Below, in pieces: positions 1-9,211 of a DNA stretch of 64,000 nt (its first letter is position 1; each line of letters begins with the position of its first letter). The notes below the pieces were generated by a model that was given only the letters and a program-made list of their open reading frames with translations, was not told where the DNA came from and made no database searches. The DNA is taken from contig NZ_DATMGM010000037.1 of NCBI RefSeq assembly GCF_035555455.1, forward strand, positions 84,996 to 148,995. Direction: 5' to 3'. This stretch comes from Pelagibacterium sp. Its GTDB lineage: Bacteria; Pseudomonadota; Alphaproteobacteria; Rhizobiales; Devosiaceae. A program made the translations under genes and the position numbers.

Positions 1-893
1 GCGGGCGTAAACAGAGCGCCAGCCGTTTCGGCATAGTTCTTCAGCGCGTCCGAATTGGCCACATCTTCGGCCCAGATCGCATCAAGGGTCGCGACGACTT
101 CATCGGGAACACCCTTCGGCACCAGAACACCGAAGTAGTTGTAGGAGAGATCGACATCGGGCAGCCATTCGGTGACCGGCGGGATCGGATCGACGCCCTG
201 GATGATCAGCGGCTGATCGGAAAGCACCGCCAGAGCACGCAGACGGCCGCCACGGATCAGTTCGGACTGCTCACCAGCCAGCTGGGTGGTGACCATCGAT
301 TCACCGGACGCGGCAGCAATGGTGGCCGGGCCACCACCTTCATAAGCAACCAGGTTGTACTCGAAATCGCCAGCCTGGGCCAAAGTGGAAATGGCCGTAC
401 CGCCAGCCGAGCTCACGCCGGCCGTAGCGATCGTGACGTTAGAGCCGTTGGTCTGAAGAGCTTCGAGCAGATCGCCGAAATCGGCGAAGGGGCTATTGGC
501 AGGAACGCTGACGACCGACACGTTAGCGACGCTGAGATAGAGGTGCCAATCGTCGATCGAGGTACCCTCGATAAGACCGGTGATCGAATAGGTGGCGGCG
601 TCGGCGATGCCCGTGGCAAGCAGCGTGTAGCCATCGAGCGTACCATCGAGAACGCCCTGCGTACCGACCGCGCCGGAAGCGCCCGGCTGGTTGACGACAA
701 GGACGTCAGCACCGAGATTTTCGGCCAGGATCGGCGCGGTGACGCGGGTTACCTGGTCAGTGGCACCGCCGGCGCCCCAGGGAACAATAATGTTGACCGG
801 ATGATCGGGCGCCCACTCTTGGGCGAGTGCCGACAAAGAGGTTGCCGAAATTGCTGCAACCGCAACGGCGGTCACCACAGAAAGTCTCTTCAT
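1..893 (-). CDS. tctC: Tripartite tricarboxylate transporter substrate-binding protein (TctC/Bug family), runs off the left edge
   Basis: Manual translation from CAT at 891-893 gives MKRLSVVTAVAVAAISATSLSALAQEWAPDHPVNIIVPWGAGGATDQVTR: a signal peptide plus the IVPW-GAGG-TD signature of Bug/TctC. Absent from the ORF track because the stop lies outside the window. Confidence 0.9.
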   Translation of the reverse strand, partial: MKRLSVVTAVAVAAISATSLSALAQEWAPDHPVNIIVPWGAGGATDQVTRVTAPILAENLGADVLVVNQPGASGAVGTQGVLDGTLDGYTLLATGIADAATYSITGLIEGTSIDDWHLYLSVANVSVVSVPANSPFADFGDLLEALQTNGSNVTIATAGVSSAGGTAISTLAQAGDFEYNLVAYEGGGPATIAAASGESMVTTQLAGEQSELIRGGRLRALAVLSDQPLIIQGVDPIPPVTEWLPDVDLSYNYFGVLVPKGVPDEVVATLDAIWAEDVANSDALKNYAETAGALFTP

Positions 894-941
894 ATTTTCC
901 TCCCGGATAAGGTCAGGGGCTGACAGGCCCTGACATTCAGA

Positions 942-953
942 CTAGGATACTAG
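942..953. promoter_or_regulatory. Putative GntR-family operator (CTAGGATACTAG)
   Basis: 1 mismatch to the palindrome CTAGTATACTAG; lies between divergent tctC and gntR; related sites at 3145, 5671 and 10784. Confidence 0.6.
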
Positions 954-1220
954 CATACACATAGCGTATTTCAAGCTGCAACCCCCAATCTTCGCAATTG
1001 ACATCCGCGCGGTATGCCGAAAATTTCGTTCTTGATCGGCCGCCCGGAATCACAGGGAAACCCGGCATGGAATTGGGGGAAACACTGTTGAATACTACTA
1101 CACTAAGGGCTAGATCATAAGCCTAAAGTCGAATACCTGGCGGAATGATTGTATCGAACCGCTTCGACCTGAAAGCGCAAGGAGGAATGCGCAGATGCCA
1201 GTTGGGGAAAGGGCTCATCA

Positions 1221-1916
1221 GTGACCAGGACAATGGACGATAGGAAGTCGATCGAAGAGCGCTACGTAGAAGCTCTCGGCGACGTCCGGATCGACTTCAC
1301 ACGATCAATGGCGCCCCAGATTTACGATCTGATGCGCAAGATAATCGTGCAGAACCGTATTGGGCCCGGCACGCCGATCTACGAAGCCAAGTTCGCCGAT
1401 ATCATTGGCGTGAGCCGCACCCCCCTCCGCGCCGCCATGCAGCAACTGGCAAAGGAAGGGCTGGTCGAAACCCGGCCTCAGGTCGGTTCGATTGTTGCGC
1501 CCATCGATCAAAAGAAAATCTTCTCCGCCGTCTTCTGCCGTGGGGCGCTGGAAACGGCGGTGGTGCGCCGGTTGGCCAGCATGCGGCCCTTTGATATCAG
1601 CCCGTTCCTCGGCGTCCTTGCCGAGCAGCAGGATTTCGCCGAGCGCCACGACTATATCGGCTTTTTCGATCTCGACGAACGGTTCCACGCCCTGCTCGCT
1701 GAAGCTGCGGAGGTGCCCGAGGCCTGGCAATTGGTCCTGTCGAGCAAAACGCATGTGGACCGGGCCAGAATGCGCCTGCAAAGCGCGGCGCCTGAACGCG
1801 CGGCCATTGCCTATCAGCAGCATCTCGATATCATCGACGCCATAAAGGCCGGCGACGTCGAACGCGCTGTCCTGTGCATGGACAAGCATGTGCGCTCGGC
1901 GCTCGATATCATCTAG
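1221..1916 (+). CDS. GntR-family transcriptional regulator (wHTH + FCD)
   Basis: GVSRTPLRAAMQQLAKEGLV HTH; C-terminal DERFH...H FCD motifs. Start may be the ATG at 1233. Confidence 0.92.
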   Translation: MTRTMDDRKSIEERYVEALGDVRIDFTRSMAPQIYDLMRKIIVQNRIGPGTPIYEAKFADIIGVSRTPLRAAMQQLAKEGLVETRPQVGSIVAPIDQKKIFSAVFCRGALETAVVRRLASMRPFDISPFLGVLAEQQDFAERHDYIGFFDLDERFHALLAEAAEVPEAWQLVLSSKTHVDRARMRLQSAAPERAAIAYQQHLDIIDAIKAGDVERAVLCMDKHVRSALDII

Positions 1917-1949
1917 GGGCGAAACCCGATCTGATTGACTCCGATCGGG

Positions 1950-2095
1950 CCTCCAATTCCTTGTTTTACACCGCTCCCGTACAGAGCAAGTGGCCGCCAC
2001 TTGCTCTGCAAGCGCTCATCCTTGCCTTGTCGCGCCTCCGAACCGGAGCGCTCGTCCTTGCTGTGTCGCACCTCCGAACCGAAGCGGTTCAGGCC
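1950..2095. repeat. Intergenic mosaic: two tandem 36 bp imperfect repeats (2011-2046, 2047-2082) plus a 12 bp-stem palindrome (1982-2008)
   Basis: agcgctcatccttgccttgtcgcgcctccgaaccgg / agcgctcgtccttgctgtgtcgcacctccgaaccga; cagagcaagtgg-ccg-ccacttgctctg. Resembles alphaproteobacterial intergenic palindromic repeats (CIR/BRU-RS/RIME class; inference). Confidence 0.6.
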
Positions 2096-2104
2096 ACACA
2101 ACGA

Positions 2105-2133
2105 AAATAGCCGCCTGTGGCAGGCGGCTATTT
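2105..2133. terminator. Probable bidirectional intrinsic terminator
   Basis: Perfect 13 bp stem aaatagccgcctg-tgg-caggcggctattt between convergent genes. Confidence 0.75.
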
Positions 2134-2195
2134 CAAGCTTGCAGGTCCGGCTTCACGGCGACCGCCCAGGATCGCCGTGAAGCCTTTGCATCAGA

Positions 2196-3128
2196 TCAGT
2201 TCGGGGCCACTTCAGCCGAAAGATAGGCGTAGCTTTCGCAAGCCGAGGTGATTCCATCGGGCTCAGGGCGGTCGTTTTCGATGAAGTAGTAATCAACGCC
2301 GGCGACATCGCTCAGATCGAAGATCTCCTGGAAGTCGATGAAGCCCTGTCCAACAGTTGCAAAGGTGATCGATTCTTCACCTTCGGCGTTGGTCACCATC
2401 TGCGCGTCCTTGACGTGCAGCAGCGGGAAACGTCCCGGGTTGGCTTCCATGAGCTCAACCGCGTTTGCGGAGCCGATGACAGCCCAGTACAGATCAAGCT
2501 CGAAAGCCACCAGATCCGGATCGGTTTCATTGAGCAGGATGTCATAGCCCGACTGACCAGCGCCAAGGTCGTCAAATTCATGACCATGGTTGTGGTAGGC
2601 AACGGTGACGCCCGCTTCGCTCAATCCGGCGCCCGCCTCGTTCAACAAGGCAGCAAGCTCGGTATAGTACGTCGTTGCATCTTCGCCTTCAGCCGGACCA
2701 CCGCTGATGCGCACATAAGTGGCGCCCACAGCCTGCGCGGCGTCGATGACCTTGTCGAGTTGATCGGAGAGATGGTTTGCGTTCACGCCAAGCGACGGCA
2801 CGTTAAAGCCAAACTCTTCGGCATATTCTTGGATCGCCGGAATAGCGACACCCTGGAAGCTGGGGACATCGCCATCGAAATTGGGGCCGGAGAACTCGAT
2901 GTTTTCGATACCGCATTCGGCCACTGCCTTCAGTGCACCGGCTGCATCTTCGCCGATCTGCGCCCGGATGGTAAATCCGACGAGGCCGATCTTATCGACC
3001 GGGATACCCAGATGCGACTGGCCGCTATCCTGGGCCAGCGCCGGTGCGGCGACCAGACCGAGCGAAAGGGCAGCAGCGCCGACGCCGCTCAGGATAAGCG
3101 CATCAAATGCGCGACGTGAGAGATTCAT
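2196..3128 (-). CDS. Tat-exported sugar phosphate isomerase/epimerase (AP_endonuc_2, IolE-like TIM barrel)
   Basis: N-terminal SRRAF twin-arginine signal ending ALA-Q; metal motifs YHNH, FELDLYW, LHVKD, FIEND. Confidence 0.85.
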   Translation of the reverse strand: MNLSRRAFDALILSGVGAAALSLGLVAAPALAQDSGQSHLGIPVDKIGLVGFTIRAQIGEDAAGALKAVAECGIENIEFSGPNFDGDVPSFQGVAIPAIQEYAEEFGFNVPSLGVNANHLSDQLDKVIDAAQAVGATYVRISGGPAEGEDATTYYTELAALLNEAGAGLSEAGVTVAYHNHGHEFDDLGAGQSGYDILLNETDPDLVAFELDLYWAVIGSANAVELMEANPGRFPLLHVKDAQMVTNAEGEESITFATVGQGFIDFQEIFDLSDVAGVDYYFIENDRPEPDGITSACESYAYLSAEVAPN

Positions 3129-3144
3129 GTGTTCCTCCTCTGTG

Positions 3145-3156
3145 CTGGAATACTAG
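3145..3156. promoter_or_regulatory. Putative GntR-family operator (CTGGAATACTAG)
   Basis: 2 mismatches to CTAGTATACTAG. The reverse complement of 3148-3159 is identical to 10781-10792. Lies just upstream of the isomerase start. Confidence 0.55.
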
Positions 3157-3273
3157 AGTACAAAGGCAGTCTAGCGAAGGGTCTTCCTGAAGGAAAGCGA
3201 TAAGATTGGCACAGGGAAAAAATTTCCCCGGCCAGCCCGCTTTGCTGCTGTGGCCAGGGGGATTCTTGCAAAC

Positions 3274-3831
3274 TCAGTAAAAGAGTCCGGCGACGAGCCC
3301 GGTTTCGACATAGATTTTGAACCATGGAGCGTAACGCTCGGGATTGGCCTTCACATCGTTTTCGATCTCGTTGAGACTGGCGGTCCTGATCTGCGCGACT
3401 TCCCTGGGCCGGAACCCGTCCAGAGGCTGATCGGGGGACACCTCGCCGCGAAAGCACTCGACGATCTCGTTCTCAAACAGCGCCCCGATCGGCGCTTGAT
3501 AGTGCACCCGCCCCACATGGCGAGTTTCCGGGCCGATCGCCAACTCACGGTCGAGGGTGCGCGCCACGCAATCCTGGGCGCTTTCGCCCCAGCGCGGATG
3601 CGAGCAGGCAGAATTGGCCCAGAGTAGCGGCGCATGATATTTCGTCGCGGCGCGCTGCTGCAACACCAGCCGGTCGCCCTGGAACAAAAACACCGAGATC
3701 GCCAGATGCGGGGTGCTGACCCGATGCGCGTCGAGCTTTGCGATCGGATAAAACAGGCCCCGCTCGTCGACCCCGGTGATCAACTCGCCCAGGGCGTCAT
3801 CGTCCGGCAAGGATAGAGGCGCTTGCGTCAT
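3274..3831 (-). CDS. idi: Isopentenyl-diphosphate delta-isomerase type 1 (NUDIX)
   Basis: PHLAISVFLF, QQRA..KYH, WANSACSHP, ENEI and W-F motifs; ATGA overlap with the eboB stop. Confidence 0.9.
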   Translation of the reverse strand: MTQAPLSLPDDDALGELITGVDERGLFYPIAKLDAHRVSTPHLAISVFLFQGDRLVLQQRAATKYHAPLLWANSACSHPRWGESAQDCVARTLDRELAIGPETRHVGRVHYQAPIGALFENEIVECFRGEVSPDQPLDGFRPREVAQIRTASLNEIENDVKANPERYAPWFKIYVETGLVAGLFY

Positions 3832-4745
3832 TCGATGATCAGCTTGTTGGCGTCTGGCCGCACATCCCCGATCACCGGTTCACGACCGCCGCGAAGAACG
3901 GAATTTCCTTCATGCAGCCGAGTCTGGTCAACGCTGATGCCGTCAGCCCAATCCGATTCGCTCATCTGTCCCGACTGTCCATAAGCGGCGAGCGCGTTGG
4001 CGTAGGTCGCCTTTTTGATCGCGTCTTCCGAAACGCCGCGCTCGCGGGCCAGTTGTGCGGTCTTGGGGACCGCAAGCGGATCGGAAATCCCCCAATCGGT
4101 GGCCGAATCCAGGATCACCTGGTCGCCGCCATATTTCTTGAGCAGTTCAACCATCCGCACATTACCCATCTTGGTCGATGGATAGATGGAAAAGGCCGCC
4201 CAGAACCCGCGATCGAGCACGTCCTCGATCGTTTCCTCATTATTGTGGTCGATCACCACCTTGGTTGGGTCCAGCCCGTGCTCAAGGCAGACTTCCATCG
4301 ATTTGATGGTGCCCTTTTTCTTGTCCCGATGGGGCGTATGCACCATCACCGGCAAATCGAGCTCCTTGGCCAGTTCAAGCTGGGCGCGGAAATACTTGTC
4401 TTCGAGCGGCGTCTGTTCATCGTAGCCGATCTCGCCGATGGCAACGACGCCTTCCTTGAGCGCGAAACCGGGGAGGATGTCCATCACGCCTTCGGCGAGT
4501 TCTTCGTTGTTGGCTTCCTTGGAATTGAGGCCAATGGTGCAATAGTGCCGGATGCCGAACTGGGAGGCGCGGAAACGCTCGAAACCCACGATGTGGGAGA
4601 GGTAATCCACATAGGACCCCACATAGGTGCGCGGCTGGCCCACCCAGAAGGACGGCTCGATCAACGCCACGACACCCGCCGCCGCCATGGCCTGATAGTC
4701 GTCAGTGGTCCGCGAGATCATATGAGCGTGAGCATCGATAAACAT
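3828..4745 (-). CDS. eboB: EboB, TatD-family metallohydrolase
   Basis: IDAHAH, IGEIGYD, VHTPH, DHN motifs; ebo context. Start trimmed to MFIDAHAHM. Confidence 0.88.
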   Translation of the reverse strand: MFIDAHAHMISRTTDDYQAMAAAGVVALIEPSFWVGQPRTYVGSYVDYLSHIVGFERFRASQFGIRHYCTIGLNSKEANNEELAEGVMDILPGFALKEGVVAIGEIGYDEQTPLEDKYFRAQLELAKELDLPVMVHTPHRDKKKGTIKSMEVCLEHGLDPTKVVIDHNNEETIEDVLDRGFWAAFSIYPSTKMGNVRMVELLKKYGGDQVILDSATDWGISDPLAVPKTAQLARERGVSEDAIKKATYANALAAYGQSGQMSESDWADGISVDQTRLHEGNSVLRGGREPVIGDVRPDANKLIIE

Positions 4746-4779
4746 GTGCATTTCCATCGTTAAATCTGAATAGGCCCCG

Positions 4780-5655
4780 TTAGGCCGCAAGCGATTGCCA
4801 GGACACCGCGCCCGATTTGATTGCCTGACGCTCAGCCGTCAACACATCGAGCATATGGCCCGCGGCGGGATCGGGGCTTTCCATGAGGCACAAGGCGGCA
4901 GCCAGCCGTTCATCGGGGTCAGCGCTCTCAACGAGCGGGGCGATATCGTTGAGAACCTCGCCCTCGGCGAACGGAGCGATGCACCGCCAGACCTGAAGAT
5001 CGACGGCGCGCCCGGCGGCACGGCGCTCATGGACGTGATCGACCAGCGTTGAGGCCAGCGCGGCGTTGCGCCGCTCATCCAGCCCGATGATCGGGCCGAG
5101 CGTCGAATCGATGAACAGCGCCTTGAGCACCATGTGGTTCCAGCGCTGCTCCGGGAAGGTGTCGGCGGGCACGGGATTGTTGTGGGCGATGGCCTCGAAC
5201 ACCAACTGAATCGAAGTGCGCAGGCCCTCGCCCAATTGCCAGTCAAGGCCAGCGCTTGCTGGAAACAGGGGCGCAGCCTTGTACAGGCCAAGCAAGGTCG
5301 CCAGATCGGCGGTGCGGCACAAATCCTTGTAGATCTGGCCAAATGCCTCGCCGTCGTCAGCCAGGGCCAGCAGGATCGCGGTGCGGGCGGCATCCGCCAG
5401 CGTCCAGGACAAGGGCACCCATCCAGGACGCACTGCATCGGCGTCCGCCAGATCGTCTTCCGCCAGCACCAGCGGGCCCTTGCCCGCCTTGCGGCCGGCC
5501 AGCGCCATGGTCTTTTCAATCTCGCTGAACGTCATGGTGGGGGCCGCCGAGCGCGCCTTGGCCAACCAGTCGGCGACCGCGTCATCCAAAGCCCGTTCCA
5601 GCCAACCCACGATCAGATCCGCCCTGTTCACGGCGATGTTTTCGGTCAAACTCAT
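4780..5655 (-). CDS. eboA: EboA domain protein
   Basis: C-terminal part of ORF 4780-7140 from the ATG at 5655 (RBS GGAGG). GLRTSIQLVFEAIAHNNPVP and WNHMVLKALF are EboA motifs. Confidence 0.88.
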   Translation of the reverse strand: MSLTENIAVNRADLIVGWLERALDDAVADWLAKARSAAPTMTFSEIEKTMALAGRKAGKGPLVLAEDDLADADAVRPGWVPLSWTLADAARTAILLALADDGEAFGQIYKDLCRTADLATLLGLYKAAPLFPASAGLDWQLGEGLRTSIQLVFEAIAHNNPVPADTFPEQRWNHMVLKALFIDSTLGPIIGLDERRNAALASTLVDHVHERRAAGRAVDLQVWRCIAPFAEGEVLNDIAPLVESADPDERLAAALCLMESPDPAAGHMLDVLTAERQAIKSGAVSWQSLAA

Positions 5656-5670
5656 TGGACCTCCTCTATA

Positions 5671-5690
5671 TTTGTATACTAGTATAACCC
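5671..5690. promoter_or_regulatory. Putative GntR operator in the divergent eboA/eboF promoter
   Basis: tttgtatactagtataac holds the perfect palindrome TATACTAGTATA and two overlapping matches to the CTAGTATACTAG family, in a 66 bp intergenic gap. Confidence 0.6.
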
Positions 5691-5721
5691 AACTTTCCCG
5701 TCCATGCGTCCTTAGGCCCCC

Positions 5722-7104
5722 ATGAAAAAAACACTCGTCATTCTCGCCGTTGGCCTCACCCCGTCCCTCGTCGGTGAATACACGCCCAACATTGCCAAGC
5801 TCGCGCGCCGGGGCGGCCAGCGCGCGCTCACGACGATTGCCCCGGCGGTGACCTGTTCCGTGCAGGCAACGCTGATGACCGGCCTTACTCCATCCGGCCA
5901 CGGCGCGGTCGCCAATGGCTGGTATTTCCGCGATACCTCGGAAGTCGCGTTGTGGAAGCAGTCCGACCATTTGCTGGATGGCGAGATGATCTGGGACGCC
6001 GGGCGCAAGCTTAATCCGGACTTCACCTGCGCCAAGATGTTCTGGTGGTACAATATGTATTCCAGCGCTGACTGGACTGCGACGCCACGCCCCATGTATC
6101 CGGCGGACGGGCGCAAGGTGCCCGACCATTACACCCAGCCGGGCAATCTGCGCGACGAACTCAACGCGCGCTTGGGCACATTCCCGCTCTTCAACTATTG
6201 GGGCCCGACCGCATCGCTGAAATCCACGAACTGGATCGTCGGCGCGACCCAACACGTTACCGAAACCCGGGACCCGACGCTCAGCCTCGTTTATATCCCG
6301 CATCTCGATTACGATCTTCAGCGGTTCGGGCCTGACCTGAGCCATCCGCGCGTGCAGCAATCGCTCCGCGACATGGACGCGGCCATCGCGCCATTGATCG
6401 AGCAGGCCGAGCGCGATGGGCGCGAGGTGATCATCGTTTCGGAATACGGCATCACGCCGGTCACAGAGGCCATCCATATCAACCGCGCCCTGCGCGAAGC
6501 CGGGCTCATTGCCTGGCGCGAGGAAATGGGCCGGGAGGTGATCGACCACGGCGCGTCGCGTGCCTTCGCCGTTCCCGACCACCAGCTCGCCCATATCTAT
6601 GTGCGGGACCCCAAGGACATCGAGTTGGTGTCGGGCCTGATTGCCGGGCTCGACGGCGTGGAAACCGTGTTGGGCGATGAGGGCAAGCGCGCCATTGGCT
6701 TGGATCACCCGCGCTCGGGCGAGCTGGTCGCCATCTCCGACGCCGATCGCTGGTTCTCTTATTATTACTGGCTCGATGACGCCAAAGCGCCGGACTACGC
6801 GGCCACCGTCGATATCCACCGCAAGCCCGGTTATGATCCGGTTGAGCTGTTCGTCGATCCGGAACTGACCCTGCCCATGGTGCAAACCATCTGGAAGGTA
6901 GGCAAGCGCAAGCTCGGGTTCCGGGGACTGCTCGACATCATCTCGGTCAATCGCACCGATCTGGTCAAGGGCTCCCACGGACGGATCACCGACCGGGAAG
7001 AGGATGGGCCACTGGTCATTTCCACCCGCCCCGACCTGTTGCCCGAAGGTCCCGTGGCAGCCACCGGGTTCAAGCAACTGGTGCTCGACCACGTTTTCAA
7101 CTGA
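5722..7104 (+). CDS. eboF: EboF, alkaline phosphatase/nucleotide pyrophosphatase family
   Basis: PAVTCSVQAT nucleophile region, PHLDY, SEYG, DIHRKPGYDPVELF, KGSHG; ebo context. Confidence 0.9.
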   Translation: MKKTLVILAVGLTPSLVGEYTPNIAKLARRGGQRALTTIAPAVTCSVQATLMTGLTPSGHGAVANGWYFRDTSEVALWKQSDHLLDGEMIWDAGRKLNPDFTCAKMFWWYNMYSSADWTATPRPMYPADGRKVPDHYTQPGNLRDELNARLGTFPLFNYWGPTASLKSTNWIVGATQHVTETRDPTLSLVYIPHLDYDLQRFGPDLSHPRVQQSLRDMDAAIAPLIEQAERDGREVIIVSEYGITPVTEAIHINRALREAGLIAWREEMGREVIDHGASRAFAVPDHQLAHIYVRDPKDIELVSGLIAGLDGVETVLGDEGKRAIGLDHPRSGELVAISDADRWFSYYYWLDDAKAPDYAATVDIHRKPGYDPVELFVDPELTLPMVQTIWKVGKRKLGFRGLLDIISVNRTDLVKGSHGRITDREEDGPLVISTRPDLLPEGPVAATGFKQLVLDHVFN

Positions 7105-7160
7105 CGGGCTCCGCAATGCTGTGGCCGTTGATACCACCAACGGCCACAGACCACCTGATG

Positions 7161-8027
7161 TCAGGTGCCACGCACCCAGCGTTGCAGAATGAGGGTCAGG
7201 GGGAAACCAAGACAGGCCAGCAGCGCGAGTGCCAAGTGGCCCTGGCTGGCAATCAGCATCGCATCGAGCAGAGGGATCGCCGCGATCAGCAGAGGTATGG
7301 CGCGGCCAAATTGCGGCTTGGGACGGGCGCGTGTGTAGCGAACCGCAACGATGTCAGCGGCGAGAAGAGCCGCAACCAGCAGCAGCAAAACCGGCTGCGC
7401 CATCGCGAGATAGAGCCCGTATAGGGGCGCGACGGCCAACGCCACAAGCGGCCACAACCTGCCGACCAGTCCAGCGCCTTCCTGCTTGGCGATGAAGGTG
7501 AGCCCCATCACATGGGCCATGAGCACCAGCGCGCCGAGCCAGAGGGCCTGTCCAGGCGCAGTGGTCAGCGCCAGGGCGGCCGCGACATAGACCATCACCC
7601 GGCACAGCCCCATCAGCACCGGGCCGAAGGCATTTTCCTTGTGATTCCTGTTGTAGGCAATGATGACGCCCGCCAAAACGAGCCCGACAAGGCCCGCAGC
7701 CAGCGCGGTTCCGGCCAGAGTTCCGGCAACGACAATGAGCACCACCGCAGCCCCGAGCAGGCCATAGCCCCAGGCGAACACCTCGCCCCGGCTGGCAAGG
7801 CCCGCCGGGATCGGACGATACGGCTGGTTGACCGCATCATACGGCGCGTCGAACGCGTCATTGAGGAACATGCCCGCGACATAGGCCAGCCCGGCACCAA
7901 GGGTGACCAGCGCCAGCGAGGCGGGGACGATACCGGCTCCAGCCAGCGCCATTCCGGCCATGGCATTGGTCAACACGGTGGGCAGGTTGGACACCCGCCC
8001 CAGCTTGAGGGCCGTTTCAAGCCTCAT
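7161..8027 (-). CDS. eboC: EboC, UbiA-family prenyltransferase
   Basis: RVSNLPT, GMFLNDAFD...D...RPIPAG aspartate-rich motif, multiple TM segments. Confidence 0.9.
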   Translation of the reverse strand: MRLETALKLGRVSNLPTVLTNAMAGMALAGAGIVPASLALVTLGAGLAYVAGMFLNDAFDAPYDAVNQPYRPIPAGLASRGEVFAWGYGLLGAAVVLIVVAGTLAGTALAAGLVGLVLAGVIIAYNRNHKENAFGPVLMGLCRVMVYVAAALALTTAPGQALWLGALVLMAHVMGLTFIAKQEGAGLVGRLWPLVALAVAPLYGLYLAMAQPVLLLLVAALLAADIVAVRYTRARPKPQFGRAIPLLIAAIPLLDAMLIASQGHLALALLACLGFPLTLILQRWVRGT

Positions 8028-9211
8028 GATTGCAGCTCTTGCCGCACCCAGTTGAGTTCGCGCGCAATCGCCGTGCTCATCGACTGGCCTCGGTACTGAT
8101 CGGGCAGCACGTCCCAGGTGTAGGTTTCCACCTCAAGGTGCTCGGAAATCGGCGCTTCCTTATGCAGCGCCAGGATGTCGCGCAGGAAAGCCTGCGTGGT
8201 CCCAAACGCTCCCATATCTTCGAGAAACACCGGCACGTGGAAATGCACCCGCCACTCGCTACCCATGGCCGATTCGATATCGGCCAGGGCCGGGCCAAGA
8301 TCGAGCCACTTGTCAAAATTTTCGCCTTTTTTGCCAACGACCTGATGGAGATAGGTGGGTTCGGCAAAGGGAGCGAGCAAGGCGGCTGTGTTTTCATCGA
8401 CTGAGGCAAAACGCAGGGCTGAGCTCAGCTGTAGCTTGAAAATCGGGATCCCTGCGGCACGCAGATCGGCGATCGATCCGCGCGGATCTTCGAACTCTAT
8501 GGCCGCGTGGCAGACGTCATAGCACAGGCCCAGATGGGCCCGCAGGGCTGCGGAAGCATCGTCGCGGGATAGGCCGGTCAGGTCCGCCAACTGCCCGACC
8601 GCCGCGTCGGCATACAGATCGCCGGTGAAAAACGCGATCGCCTCGGCGATGGTTTCGAGCATGCAGCAGGGTTCGGGTTCGAGCGCCAGGGTAATGTGCT
8701 TGCCCGTGCGCTGACGCAACTCAATAAGATGTGCAGCGTTACGCACAAGATTGGCGGCTATCTCGTCGCGCCCACCCTCGGCCCAGGGCGCGAATGTACC
8801 CGGCACCGTGCTGATGCTGCCGGTCATGCCCTCTGGCAGCAGATCGGCGAGCAGGTCGGCCAGTTGATTGGTGTAATCGAGACGAGCAGGGTCCGCCCAA
8901 TCGGGGCTATAGACATTTTCCTTCACCCGCACACCGTGGAAATCGCCATAGGGAAAGCCGTTGATCGTGAACACATAGGCGTTGTGTTCGGCAAGGAACG
9001 CCTTGAGTTCATTGAGCGAAACAGGATCGGCGAGATCATGGGCCGCCTGTGCCGACAGCCGCAGCCCGATGCCGAACGGGGCATCGCCTGCAACGTCCCT
9101 GCGGATGGCCGGGACGTTCTCGCGCAGCGCCGCAAGGGTCTGCGCCCAGCTTTCGCCCTTATGAATATTGGTGCAATAGGTCAGCTGACCCAGATCATCT
9201 GAAAGCCGCAT
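8024..9211 (-). CDS. eboE: EboE, xylose isomerase-like TIM barrel
   Basis: LTYCTNIH, TINGFPYGDFH..VKE.VY.PDW, LALEPEP, WRVHFHVP, HLEVETYTW. Confidence 0.93.
   Translation of the reverse strand: MRLSDDLGQLTYCTNIHKGESWAQTLAALRENVPAIRRDVAGDAPFGIGLRLSAQAAHDLADPVSLNELKAFLAEHNAYVFTINGFPYGDFHGVRVKENVYSPDWADPARLDYTNQLADLLADLLPEGMTGSISTVPGTFAPWAEGGRDEIAANLVRNAAHLIELRQRTGKHITLALEPEPCCMLETIAEAIAFFTGDLYADAAVGQLADLTGLSRDDASAALRAHLGLCYDVCHAAIEFEDPRGSIADLRAAGIPIFKLQLSSALRFASVDENTAALLAPFAEPTYLHQVVGKKGENFDKWLDLGPALADIESAMGSEWRVHFHVPVFLEDMGAFGTTQAFLRDILALHKEAPISEHLEVETYTWDVLPDQYRGQSMSTAIARELNWVRQELQS

Noticed and set aside
2011-2082. 36 bp repeats as a CRISPR array
   Set aside because: Only two abutting units, with no spacers and no cas genes.
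5656-7140. N-terminal 494 aa of the 786 aa ORF 4780-7140
   Set aside because: Antisense shadow of eboF; the real eboA starts at 5655 with a clear RBS.
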